From assembly GCA_963806225.1 (NCBI GenBank), contig CAWDXG010000004.1, forward strand, positions 1,504,001 to 1,568,000: a DNA stretch of 64,000 bases, given 5' to 3'. The stretch comes from an uncultured delta proteobacterium. GTDB taxonomy: Bacteria > Myxococcota_A > Polyangia > Polyangiales > Polyangiaceae. Below are positions 31,873 through 41,800 of this stretch, in pieces (the first letter of the stretch is position 1; every line of letters starts with the position of its first letter). A model generated the notes under the pieces. The model was not told where the DNA came from. It searched no databases and was given only the letters and a program-made list of their open reading frames with translations. A program made the translations under genes and the position numbers.

Positions 31873-32102
31873 ATTCGTCGACCCGTCGGCTGTCCCCGGA
31901 TCGAAGCTCGCGATGGACTACCCGACGGAGCTGCTCGCGCTGCTGCCGCGAGGCACGCGGCGTCGCGAGGTGTTCCCTGTCCTGCCCTCTGTGCTTCCCG
32001 GAAGGCCCGCAGCGGCCCCCGAGCCGGTGGCCCGGAGGCCCCGCCGAGGGCCGAACAGTCCACGGACAATGTCCGCGGACGTGCAAGTAAGCGAAAAGAT
32101 TG

Positions 32103-32186
32103 TGCGAAGGGGGGGACTTGAACCCCCATGGGAGTTACCCCACTAGCACCTCAAGCTAGCGCGTCTGCCAGTTCCGCCACCTTCGC
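32103..32186 (-). tRNA. tRNA-Leu(GAG)
   Basis: Reverse complement GCGAAGGTGGCGGAACTGGCAGACGCGCTAGC-TT-GAG-GT-GCTAG...GGTTCAAGTCC...CCTTCGCA; no encoded CCA. Confidence 0.95.
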
Positions 32187-32189
32187 AGA

Positions 32190-32440
32190 TGATTTCGTGG
32201 GCAATCGGCGGGCAATGATTGCCCAAGCCGGTCACTTCTGGAATCGCAAGGGAGAGGGGGTCTACCTCACCCAGGGCCAGCTCGGCAAGTGCCTTTGCTT
32301 CCTGCCGATACCGGAGCAGCTCCGCGGACTTGTGGCCGCTACGCTGGCGCACCCAGTCCTCCCCCACCCCGCTGGCCAGGCTGCGGGTCACGAAGCTCCG
32401 GCGGAAGGAGTGGGAACGCCCGAACTGCGAAGTCGATCCC
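32190..32440 (-). mobile_element. C-terminal remnant of a tyrosine recombinase/integrase
   Basis: Minus strand reads HSFRRSFVTRSLASGVGEDWVRQRSGHKSAELLRYR (HxxR, GH, catalytic Y); adjacent to tRNA-Leu; no room for the N-terminus. Confidence 0.75.
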
Positions 32441-32485
32441 CGGGGCTATGCTGATCGAATCCAAAGGGCGCAGGCGCCCGGACGG

Positions 32486-33301
32486 CTAGCGCCCCGTTCG
32501 CTCCAGCAAACTGTCGAGACGCCCCACCCGATCTCCCAGCATCCGCGCCATCACTTTCTGCACGTCGCGCCCCCTGCGCTGCGAGAGCAGCGTGATGTCG
32601 AGCGCAATCTGGCTCGTCGCCACCTCCGCCGTCGGCGGCGTCTCGCTGACCACCCCGAGATCGCGATCGTCCTTGTTCTCGGCCGAGGCGATCAGCGTGC
32701 GCAGGTCGTCGGCCACCACCACCAGACGGTGCTTCCAGAACGCCTCGAGCTCGGCCTCGTCCAGCCCATAGGAGAACACCTCGCCAGGCAAGCGCGGCAA
32801 TGCGGCATGCGAGAAGACAACAAGGAATACCTTGCGACGCGCAGTGCGACGCAGCCCCGGCACGAGCTGTACGATTTCCCGTGGCCAGCCGCTCAGCACC
32901 AGCCGCTCCTTGGCGCCGCGGATCAGGTGCTCCGCCTCCTCGATCACGCGGGTGTAGCCGCGCACGCTGAAAGCGTCGGGGGCGACGGGCGAGGCATCCA
33001 GCTTGCTGATCGCGTCTTCGAGCGCGCCGGCCGATTGCTCGAAGCGCTTGCGCAACAGGACCACGACTTCTTCAGGAGGCGTGGGGGCGAACAGTTCCGG
33101 AGTGCCGGCAATGGATCGCGCCGCCCCCGCTGCGACGAGCCTCCGGAGCACGCCGTACACCGCCGAGCGCGGGATCCCGGCCCGGACGCTCACTTCGTAT
33201 CCTGTCGCGGGGCTGCCGAGCACGAGCGCGTGGTAGGCGCGCGACTCGTTCAGGCTGAATCCCAGGCGCACCAGCGCGCCTACGACGTCAGGCTCGCTCA
33301 T
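32486..33301 (-). CDS. TrmB-family transcriptional regulator
   Basis: LGFSLNESRAY..L, TGYEVS...GIPRSAVYGVL winged HTH plus a C-terminal effector domain. Confidence 0.88.
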   Translation of the reverse strand: MSEPDVVGALVRLGFSLNESRAYHALVLGSPATGYEVSVRAGIPRSAVYGVLRRLVAAGAARSIAGTPELFAPTPPEEVVVLLRKRFEQSAGALEDAISKLDASPVAPDAFSVRGYTRVIEEAEHLIRGAKERLVLSGWPREIVQLVPGLRRTARRKVFLVVFSHAALPRLPGEVFSYGLDEAELEAFWKHRLVVVADDLRTLIASAENKDDRDLGVVSETPPTAEVATSQIALDITLLSQRRGRDVQKVMARMLGDRVGRLDSLLERTGR

Positions 33302-33434
33302 GCCCCTGTCTCTCACGAATCGAGCCGCCTCGTTGAGAAATCGCAACGGAAAAGCCGCGAAGAATTGCGCGTCATCAACGATTCCAACCTTTCGCTGGGC
33401 AAGGGGGCCGCGCCTCCTTGACGCACCCGGCGAA

Positions 33435-33464
33435 CATTAGTAACTCACCTCTGAGTTACTAATG
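33435..33464. promoter_or_regulatory. Perfect 13-bp inverted repeat, candidate TrmB operator
   Basis: CATTAGTAACTCA-CCTC-TGAGTTACTAATG, downstream of TTGACG (33418-33423). Confidence 0.75.
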
Positions 33465-33479
33465 GGAGGGCCCATCACC

Positions 33480-34895
33480 ATGCGCTCGCACCTCGCCATC
33501 GCTCTCGCTTTCGCCGCCAGCTTGCTCGTCGCCTGCAGCGGTCAGCCGCAGCACAAGAACGCCGACGAGGCTGCAGCTCGCGTCGCCGAGCACCTCGACT
33601 CGACCACCCTCCCGGCCGACGCGGACCTTTCCACGCCCCCGCCGGCGACCTTGTACTTCGCGCCCGACTGGAAGCAGAGCGTCTCGGACACGGTGTACGC
33701 CGGAGCCACGCTCGCGGTCGAGGCCAGCCCCACGCGCTTCCCCAAGTGCGGCATCAGCGGCACCGTGACCGTGAGCGCGCTGCTCGACGACGGCAGCGTC
33801 ATCGAGTCCACGCTCGATCAGCGGACCCAGTGGTGGGCCGCGGGCTCGCTGGCGATCCCGACGGGCGCGCACCAGATCCAGCTCTGGCTTCGCTCCGAGC
33901 GAGCCGACGGCTGCGTGGAATACGACAGCAACTTCGAGAAGAACTACAGCTTCGCCGTTCACGCCTGGGACCCGATCACCGTCCACTTCAAGTCGGACTG
34001 GTCCGAGCTGGCCGATGCCCCGCTCGTGGCGGGTGGCGTGCTGGTCGTGGACTACGACATGGCGCGGCTGCCGAAGTGCCGGGACAGCTACCGCGACATC
34101 CCCACCTGGGACGTGCTCGCTCACCTGCGTTTCGATACCGGCGAGCAGATGACCCAGACCGTGGCCAATTGGGATGCGCCCTACGGTGTGAAGAAGACCG
34201 CGGCGCCCGGCCTGGCGGTGTTCCCCATCCCCGAGGGTGCGCGGCACGTGGAGCTGTGGTTCGAGAACAGCGAGTGGACGCCCGGCTACCCGCTGCCCGC
34301 CGGCTGCCCGGCGTGGGACAGCAACTACGGCAAGAACTACCCGTTCGAGATCGTGCCTCCGAAGGCCGCGCCGCCGCGGGTCGGATGGGCCGGTGAGTTC
34401 AACTTCGTGACCTTCCATCGCGCGCCCGAAACGGACCTGGGCGATGTCGATCCGGCCTACTGCTTCGACAGCTACGCCGGCAGCGAGCTCAGCACCTGGG
34501 TCGAAGCGCAGGTCTGGATCCCGGGCGTCACCGATCAGCAATACGCTTCGGACGCCGATGCGGCACAGGCGGCATCGAGCCTGGTCCAGGCTCGCGCCGT
34601 CACCGATGCGCTCACGGGTGACGTCGACGGCTGGGGCACGTACAAGCTCCGGTTCGTCCGCCAGCAAGGGCACAACTTCGTGTACGCGTTCGACTTCTGG
34701 AAGCTGCGCTACGCCATGTACGTCGATTCACCCGTCGCGGCCGGCCTGTATCACTACTACTTCCAGTTCTCGGCGGACGGCGGTGCCAGCTGGACCTCCG
34801 CGGGCCACGACGGCGGCAGCGCGCGCCGCTTCGTGGTCGCCCCGAAGCTCGACTGCACGCTGTTCCCCGACCACGCCCCGTCGGGCTGCCCGTGA
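33480..34895 (+). CDS. Lipoprotein with tandem DUF6209-like domains
   Basis: LVAC lipobox; two repeats ending DSNFEKNYSF and DSNYGKNYPF, each with F..DW and R.PKC motifs. Confidence 0.7.
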   Translation: MRSHLAIALAFAASLLVACSGQPQHKNADEAAARVAEHLDSTTLPADADLSTPPPATLYFAPDWKQSVSDTVYAGATLAVEASPTRFPKCGISGTVTVSALLDDGSVIESTLDQRTQWWAAGSLAIPTGAHQIQLWLRSERADGCVEYDSNFEKNYSFAVHAWDPITVHFKSDWSELADAPLVAGGVLVVDYDMARLPKCRDSYRDIPTWDVLAHLRFDTGEQMTQTVANWDAPYGVKKTAAPGLAVFPIPEGARHVELWFENSEWTPGYPLPAGCPAWDSNYGKNYPFEIVPPKAAPPRVGWAGEFNFVTFHRAPETDLGDVDPAYCFDSYAGSELSTWVEAQVWIPGVTDQQYASDADAAQAASSLVQARAVTDALTGDVDGWGTYKLRFVRQQGHNFVYAFDFWKLRYAMYVDSPVAAGLYHYYFQFSADGGASWTSAGHDGGSARRFVVAPKLDCTLFPDHAPSGCP

Positions 34896-34988
34896 GCTAG
34901 TGAGCTAGCGGCGCAGAGCGTTCTGAGCGCAGACGCGCGGGATACTGCGACGAAAACGGCTGTTCCGGCTCCGGGCCCCGACGCGGGC

Positions 34989-36086
34989 TCAACCGGGCCG
35001 GAGCACCCGTTCGAGCGCAGCGATGACCTCGCCCATCTCGAACGGCTTGCGCACCCAGGCGGCGAAGGCGTGGGCGAGCGAGCCGGGTATGCCGTCGGGT
35101 GCGCCGCTGATGAGGATCACAGGCAGGCCAGCGTCGCCTCGACGCAGCGTTGCGAGCGCGTGTTCGGGATCGTCCACGATCGGCGACAGATCCACCAGCG
35201 CGGCGTCGAGGATCGCTCCGCGGCTCATGACGCGCTCGAGCTCCGACCGTCCACCCGCCACGAGGACCTGCACGCCGCGTGCTTCGAGCGCCAGCTCCAG
35301 CAGCGAGCGCACCGCGGGATCGTCCTCGACGACGAGCACGCGCGCGCCGTCGAGCGAACGGGTCCTGGGAGGCACGCTGCGCGCACCAGAACGCGCTTCA
35401 CTGAGCGGCCAGCCAAGCTCGAAGCAGGCGCCCGGCCCCGTGCGCGCCAGGCGCAGCTCGCCTCCGTGCAGACGCGCCAGCGCGTTCGAATAGCGGAGTC
35501 CGATCCCCGCCCCACCCCGCCTCGTCGAATCCGGCGCGGACAGCAGCGAATCCGCGCGATCGGCCGGGATGCCGGGCCCCTGGTCCATCACCTCGAACAC
35601 GACGTGCGTCGCGCTCCGGTCGACCCGGATCGTCACGACACCGTGGGACGGCGAGAAGGCGACCGCGTTGAGCAGCAGGTTCAACAGGATCTGTTGCGCC
35701 TCGGCGCCGCTGCAGAGGAGCACGTTGTCATCAATGGACACGTCCAGCCTGATCTGCACGCCCTTCTTCTCGGCCTCCTGCGCGACCCCCAGAATCGCCT
35801 GCCGGACGAGCGTCACGGCGCTGCGATCCGTCTCGTCACCGGACACTTCGGCGCCGATCGCGCGACGGGCAATGCGGTGGCCGAGCCTCGCGTGGACACG
35901 GGCGACCTCCAGCGCCTCGCGGACGGAAGCTGCATCGACCTCGGTACTTGCGGCCTCGAGCCAGCCGAGAACGACCGTCAGCGCGTTGGAGACCTCGTGC
36001 AGGGCGGCAGCCAGATCTCCATCGGACTCCGCCGCCTGGACAGAGTCGAGCGCGAAACGCAACGCCTGGGGGCTGTTCACGGTCAC
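34989..36086 (-). CDS. Hybrid histidine kinase/response regulator with no obvious sensor domain
   Basis: HEVSN, NLLLNA, DQGPG and GAGIGL boxes; receiver motifs VEDD and KPF. Confidence 0.88.
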   Translation of the reverse strand: MTVNSPQALRFALDSVQAAESDGDLAAALHEVSNALTVVLGWLEAASTEVDAASVREALEVARVHARLGHRIARRAIGAEVSGDETDRSAVTLVRQAILGVAQEAEKKGVQIRLDVSIDDNVLLCSGAEAQQILLNLLLNAVAFSPSHGVVTIRVDRSATHVVFEVMDQGPGIPADRADSLLSAPDSTRRGGAGIGLRYSNALARLHGGELRLARTGPGACFELGWPLSEARSGARSVPPRTRSLDGARVLVVEDDPAVRSLLELALEARGVQVLVAGGRSELERVMSRGAILDAALVDLSPIVDDPEHALATLRRGDAGLPVILISGAPDGIPGSLAHAFAAWVRKPFEMGEVIAALERVLRPG

Positions 36087-36266
36087 AAGAATATTACAGC
36101 TGTGCTCATGCCGCTACCGGCCGCCACCCAGAAGCAGGGATGACCCTGCTTCTGGCCACGCCGGGGCCTACGCGATGCGTCGTACCGCGAGCCGCGCGGC
36201 ACACGCAAGCGGAGTCGATGCCGATGCGCGGCCCTGTTTCCAGCAGCGCTGGATGGCGCGGGTGCG

Positions 36267-38090
36267 CTAGTTCAGCCGTGCGGGCAGCAGCAGCGTGTAG
36301 TTCCCCTGACCGTCGGCGCGCGTCTCGGCGATGGGGAGCACGGAAGTCGCGCCCGCTGGATCGCTCGTATACGACTGCTGAGCGTCCATGAAGATGTATG
36401 CGCGGACCAATGCACCGGGTACTGCAGACCCGGCGTCGCTGGGGAGCACACTTACCAGGCCCGAGTAGACCACCGGCAGCGGCATCTTCATCTGTCCGAG
36501 GTCCTCGAGGCCGCTCTTCACCTGCACGTTCGAACGCACCAGCCACGGGAAGCCCGTGCCGTCAGGAGGCCGCACGGACACGTCGAACGCGCCGGGATCG
36601 GTCCGCAGCGTGAACAGTCCCTTGTCGTCAACCACGTCGCTGGACGCGCGCGGCACCAGCGGCGCGTTGCCGAGCGCGGCTTCGAGCACGCTGGCGTGAG
36701 ACTTGGACGGCGAGGCCACGGCCTGTACAGGCGCGCCCACCAGCGGATCGTTTCCTGCGGGCGTGAGCACGCTGCCGGAGAGCTTCGCGCTGGCGTCGAG
36801 GCCGAGCACCTTGCCCGCCTGGACCGACGGTGTCGCGCCCACCGTCCAGATCGTCTCGTACGCGGCGAGCCCGGGGTCCTTGGGGACGACCTGCACGTGG
36901 TAGGTCCCGGGCAACAGCTTGGCGCTGAAGCGCCCCTGGGAATCGGTCTCGTAGCTCTTGATGTAGGAGCCGAGGGTGCCGTTCTGGAGCCCGTCGAGAT
37001 CGGTTGCGCTCAGCGTGACCGTCGCCTTCGCGGGAACGAGCGTGTCGTTCTCCTCCACCGTTCCCTTCAGCTTCACCGGGCTGGGCAGATCGGCGAACTG
37101 ATCCACCTCCACTTTGGTGGTGGACATCAGCTGCAGTGCGGACCGATCCATGTAGAAGGTCGGCGCGTCCACGCCGTCGGGAGGCGACAGCTCGATGAGC
37201 TCGTGGCCGATGCCCTTCTGATCGCCGCCAACCACCGTGGAGTAGTCGAAGTCCACCTGGTAGACGACCGGGTCGGCTGTCGGGTCGTCGGATGAGAGCT
37301 TCACCGGATTGGACAGCACGGCGTCCGTGATCGAATCGACCATGCGCGCGCTCCAGCCATCGAACGACATCGCGCCGTTGGGCTGCGACAGCGTCATGGA
37401 GAACTGGGAAGGCGCGGGCAGCACGAGCGGCAGCGTGACCTTCCCGCCTTCGACGTGCTGATGGCGGAAGAGCTGGGGGGGCACGTTGCAGAGCGGCTTG
37501 TCGGGGTTCGCGGGCAGCGTCGGCTCCACGTAGATGTCATACTCGCCTGGCGGCAGCGTCACGGAGAAGCGGTTGCCCGAGAACGACTCGCCGTTCGGGC
37601 CCGTCGTCGGCCCGAACGAAGTCTCGACCATGGCCGTACCCGACGACCAGCCCAGCGAGCCCGCGCTCGAGGTGAACGTGACCTTGCCCGGCACGCTGCC
37701 GTCGCTCGCCTTGCCGGTGTCGAACGTGCAGCCAAGAAGGCTCTGGAAGTCCGCTTTCGTCGGCACGAACGTGCCGCGCAGATCCGTCACGTTGTCCAGA
37801 GACAGATCCAGCTGACCACCATCCGTGTGAAGCCGCTGTAGCGTCTTGAGGAAGCGGATGCCCGCGAAGCCGCCCACCGAGGTCGCCGGGGGCGTGATCT
37901 CGAACATGACGGTGCTGAACTTGCCTTGGGCCGCCCGGCACATGCCGCCCGTGCACACGCCGCCGCTGCCGCAGTCGTCGCTGGTCTTGCACTGGTTCTT
38001 GGTCGGCTGCAGCGACTGGTCCTTCACCGCCGAGATGGAGCACCCCGCCGAGAGCAGCGAAACAAGACTGAACGCAAGCAGGTGTCTCAT
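36267..38090 (-). CDS. Lipoprotein with carboxypeptidase-regulatory-like (CnaB-type) beta repeats
   Basis: SAGC lipobox; small Cys motif; repeated TD..G.F...L.PG.Y segments. Confidence 0.7.
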   Translation of the reverse strand: MRHLLAFSLVSLLSAGCSISAVKDQSLQPTKNQCKTSDDCGSGGVCTGGMCRAAQGKFSTVMFEITPPATSVGGFAGIRFLKTLQRLHTDGGQLDLSLDNVTDLRGTFVPTKADFQSLLGCTFDTGKASDGSVPGKVTFTSSAGSLGWSSGTAMVETSFGPTTGPNGESFSGNRFSVTLPPGEYDIYVEPTLPANPDKPLCNVPPQLFRHQHVEGGKVTLPLVLPAPSQFSMTLSQPNGAMSFDGWSARMVDSITDAVLSNPVKLSSDDPTADPVVYQVDFDYSTVVGGDQKGIGHELIELSPPDGVDAPTFYMDRSALQLMSTTKVEVDQFADLPSPVKLKGTVEENDTLVPAKATVTLSATDLDGLQNGTLGSYIKSYETDSQGRFSAKLLPGTYHVQVVPKDPGLAAYETIWTVGATPSVQAGKVLGLDASAKLSGSVLTPAGNDPLVGAPVQAVASPSKSHASVLEAALGNAPLVPRASSDVVDDKGLFTLRTDPGAFDVSVRPPDGTGFPWLVRSNVQVKSGLEDLGQMKMPLPVVYSGLVSVLPSDAGSAVPGALVRAYIFMDAQQSYTSDPAGATSVLPIAETRADGQGNYTLLLPARLN

Positions 38091-38701
38091 GGGCTCTGCG
38101 TGAGGCAATCCGAAAGTGGAGGCACGTTGTTCTTGTCCGTAACTACGTTGACCCACCACGTCGCAAGCGCGATGTCGTTCTGATCGAAGTACTCGCCGGT
38201 GTTGGTATTCGCCTTGGAGAGATGCGTCACCAGCAGCGTGAGCGTGTGACAGCCCGGTTGGCTGTTCACCTGCCAGGACACGCTGATGGGGCGTTCGGGG
38301 TTGTTGAAGGAGGTCGACGGAGAGGCATAGCCCCAGTTCTGGTATTCCGGATTGCTGCTCCCGTAGTCCACGAAGAGCAGACCCGCGAGCGGGTCATTGG
38401 CGTCTCCGGAGCGCACCGGCACCGAGATATCGACCCGGGTGGGAGGTGTCCCGCTGGTCTTCGTGGTCGCTACGATGACCTGCTGCAGCGACGGAACAGC
38501 TTGCGCCAGGTCCAGAAAGGGCGGTGTCTGCCCCGGATCCTTGTAATCCGGGGGTCCCGCTATGACGCAGCCGCTCGAAGCAAGAGCCATCGCCGGTAAC
38601 ACTAGCGATACGCATGCCAACCGGAAAAACGTGCTGCTACGCAACGTTGCGGCAGCCCACAGGTGTGACAGGCGTGTCGCGGCCCGGTGTCGCCGCTGCA
38701 T
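38087..38701 (-). CDS. Hypothetical lipoprotein (start uncertain)
   Basis: Hydrophobic segment ending SSGC; stop overlaps the ATG of the next gene. Confidence 0.55.
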   Translation of the reverse strand: MQRRHRAATRLSHLWAAATLRSSTFFRLACVSLVLPAMALASSGCVIAGPPDYKDPGQTPPFLDLAQAVPSLQQVIVATTKTSGTPPTRVDISVPVRSGDANDPLAGLLFVDYGSSNPEYQNWGYASPSTSFNNPERPISVSWQVNSQPGCHTLTLLVTHLSKANTNTGEYFDQNDIALATWWVNVVTDKNNVPPLSDCLTQSP

Positions 38702-38813
38702 TTCGTGCCGCGCTCGCAGGCTGGCCCGCATGTGGGCGAATGTAGCCCAGCTCCGGCCTCGATGCCGGAGCAGATGCAGGCACCGAGGCGGACCGGCCCG
38801 ACGGCCGCGCCCG

Positions 38814-41800
38814 TCAGATCGCGGTGCGACCGCTGCCCTGCCGGCGGCTGCCAGGCTGCCAGCGGGCCTCGGCGTACTCCGAGCCGACCGCCAGACGCAC
38901 CAGATCGGCGATGGCGGGGCTCGCCGAGCACAGAGCGGAAAGCCCGCCCGGTTCGGAAAGCGAGCGCGGCGCGATGCTCTCGTCGGCGCACGCTTCCGCC
39001 AAGGCCACACCGAGATCCCCGGTCACGAACAGGCCCGCGCGGCGCACCGCGAGCCGCGCGGTCGCCATCGCCGCGTCGTAGTCGAGCGCGCCCGGTTCGT
39101 CGCACAGCTCGCGCAGGCGTCGCTGCGAGCGGGTGGGAATGCTCTCCCAGAGCACCTCGGCGAGGTTCGCCGCGGAACCGGGACCGCCGTGACCGTCATG
39201 CGGCGAGCCGAAGGCGAGCGACAGCCCCTTGAGCACCGCACGGGTCTGCGACTCGGGCGAGCCGAACAGGAGGACGTGCTCCGGCATCGCCGCAGCGAGC
39301 ATGGCGCCGATGTGGAAGGCGAGCGCCGTCGTCTCGCGCCTGACCTCGCCGCTCAGGATCAGCGCGGGCGGCGACAGCAGCGCCACGCTCACCGTGACAG
39401 GACCGGAGCTGCGACGCTGGAAGAGCGGAGTGCGCGTCAGGCCGAGCGCGCGCGCCGCAGTCGAGTAGATGCGGGCTACGGCCGTCGGCGCGCCCAGCGG
39501 CACCCGCTCGACGCCGGTGACCCCATAGGTGCCCGCGTCGCGCCGGAAGACGTGTTCGGCGCCTTCCCACACCAGCGCCAGCGCCTCCGCCGTCGCACCC
39601 AGCGCGTCGCGGAACAGCAGGGCCCGCACCCCGTCGGGCTGTTCGGGCTGGGCCTCCAGCGGCGGCGCATCGATCCGGGGCCGCGAGCGGTCGAAGATCC
39701 CGAGCACGTGGTCGACGGCGTGTGCGTGCGCGAGATTCCGGTCGGCGAACGCGGCGGCGTGCAACTTCTGGAGCCCCCAGACATCGCCGGGAACCAGCTC
39801 GACGACCCGACGGCAGACGTGGGCCAGATCGTGCGTGCGATCGGAGCGATTCTCGAGCTGCCTCACGAGCTCCTTGCCCGCCTCGAGCGATCCGTTGCCC
39901 AGCGCGGCGAACAGCGACGCCTCCGTCGCATTGACCGCCGGGAAGTTCCCACTGGAAATACGTCGTGGCTCGGGCGCGCCGAGATCGACGGCGGGAGCGG
40001 GCCGGGACGACGGGCGCGACGGCGGCGGGCGGCTGGACATCGAGCGGGCCGTCGGCGGCACCGAGGCGCGCGGCGAGCTGCCCGGAGGCGGCACCGAGGC
40101 GCGCGGCGAGCTGCCCGGAGGCGGCACCGAGGCGCGCGGCGAGCTGCCCGGAGGCGGCACCGAGGCGCGTGGCGAGCTGCCCGGCGGCGGTGTCGAGGCG
40201 CGTGGCGAGCTGCCCGGCGGCGGTGTCGAGGCGCGGCGCGACGGAGGCTGCTCGACCGGCCTGAGCTCGGCGTGGATTTCCGCTTGTAGCGCCAGCGCCT
40301 CGGGGCGGGTCGACCCTTCGCCCGCTGCCAGCTCCACGTAGCCCAGCGCGCGCTCCAGCTCGCCCACTTGGCGCGCTGCGCGCGCCGCTCCGAGAGCTGC
40401 GGCACCCCGCGAGCCCAGACCTCCCAGGTCGCCCGCAAGTGCCGCATCGTAGAGCGGAAGCGCACGCGCCGGCGCTTCGCCGGAGGCAAACCGCCCGGCC
40501 ATGCCCAACGCGACCAGCGGCAACGGGCCGACGGCGTCATGGGCACGCCTGAGCTCCTTCAATCCGGCTTCGGCACTGACCGCCACGTCCAGCGCCTCGG
40601 CGATCAAGAACGCCCGGAGCGCCGTCTGCTCGGGGCCGAGTGGGGACTGCACTCCGCGCAGCTCGGCGACGGTCCGGCGGGCTTGCTCGGGCGTCCCTGC
40701 CCCGCGCGCCTGGTACTCCAGGCGGCGCGCGCAGAGCTGGGGCTCGGCGAGCTCGGGAGCGATGCGGGCCGCGCGCTCCGCCCGCTCCAGCGCGCGCCCG
40801 CGGTCGCCGCCGGCTTCAGAGGCTTCGGCCGCTTCCACCAGCAGCCGGGCGCACTGCTCGGACGGCGTGTCGGGCACGAGCGCAAGCTCTTCGAGCGCAT
40901 CGGCCAGCCCGAGCGGATTCTCGCTGCGCCGCTCGACCTCGACCTCCAGCTCGAGCACCTTCCGCGAGGTAGCCCAGGCCTCCATGCCTTCCAGCACGCG
41001 GCGCGCGGAAGCGACATCGCCACCGGCCAGATAGGCCTCGCAAGCGCGGCGCGCGAGCTCGGCCGCCTCGCTGCGCTCGCGCGCGACCGCACTAGCGCGC
41101 ATCCAGAGCGGAGCGGCGCGGAGCGCGGCGCCAAGCCGTTCGTCGAGATCGGCCAGGACCCTGAGGACGCTCAGGTTGTCGCCGGTGGCGGCGAGCAGGT
41201 GCTCGAGCTCGGCGCGCGCCTCGTCGGGTCGCGCCAGGCGCTGCTCCAGCACCATGGCCCGGCGCAGCCGGATGCGACGCACGTCGTCGACCATGCTCGC
41301 GAGCGAGGCGCGGCGCGCCAGCAGATCCACGAGCTTGTCGTAGTCGCCGCTTCGCTCGGCGTCGCGCTCGAGGGCGATCAGCGCTCCGATGTCGTCCGGA
41401 TCGAGCTCCAGCACCTGCGCCCAGCGCCGGAAGGCGTTCTGCTCTTCGCCGTTCTCTTCCAGCAGCTCGGCCAGCTCGCGCAGCAGGGCGAGCCGCGCGG
41501 GCGCTTCGGTGGCCAGGTCGGACAGGCGTCCGAGCGCCTCGGCCTGGCGCCGGTGATCGCCGGCCTGGCGCGCCAACGTGACGGCGTCCGCCAGGAGCCC
41601 TTCGTCGTCCGGATGCGACGAGAGCATGGCGAGCACGACTCGGAGCGCGCGCTCGGGATCGCCCCGCGCGCTGACCAGCGCAGCGAGATCCCGGGCCGTT
41701 CTTACCCGCTCTAGAGTGCCGAGCTCCTCGCGCTCCAGCTCCAGCGCGAGCATGTGCTCCAGCGCGTCGCGACGCCCCGCGCGCCCGTACAGCTCACGCA

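Noticed and set aside
23384..32102. Intact genomic island bounded by att direct repeats
   Set aside because: I could not find a duplicate of either tRNA-Leu end by eye and there is no full-length integrase; only decay remnants are supported.
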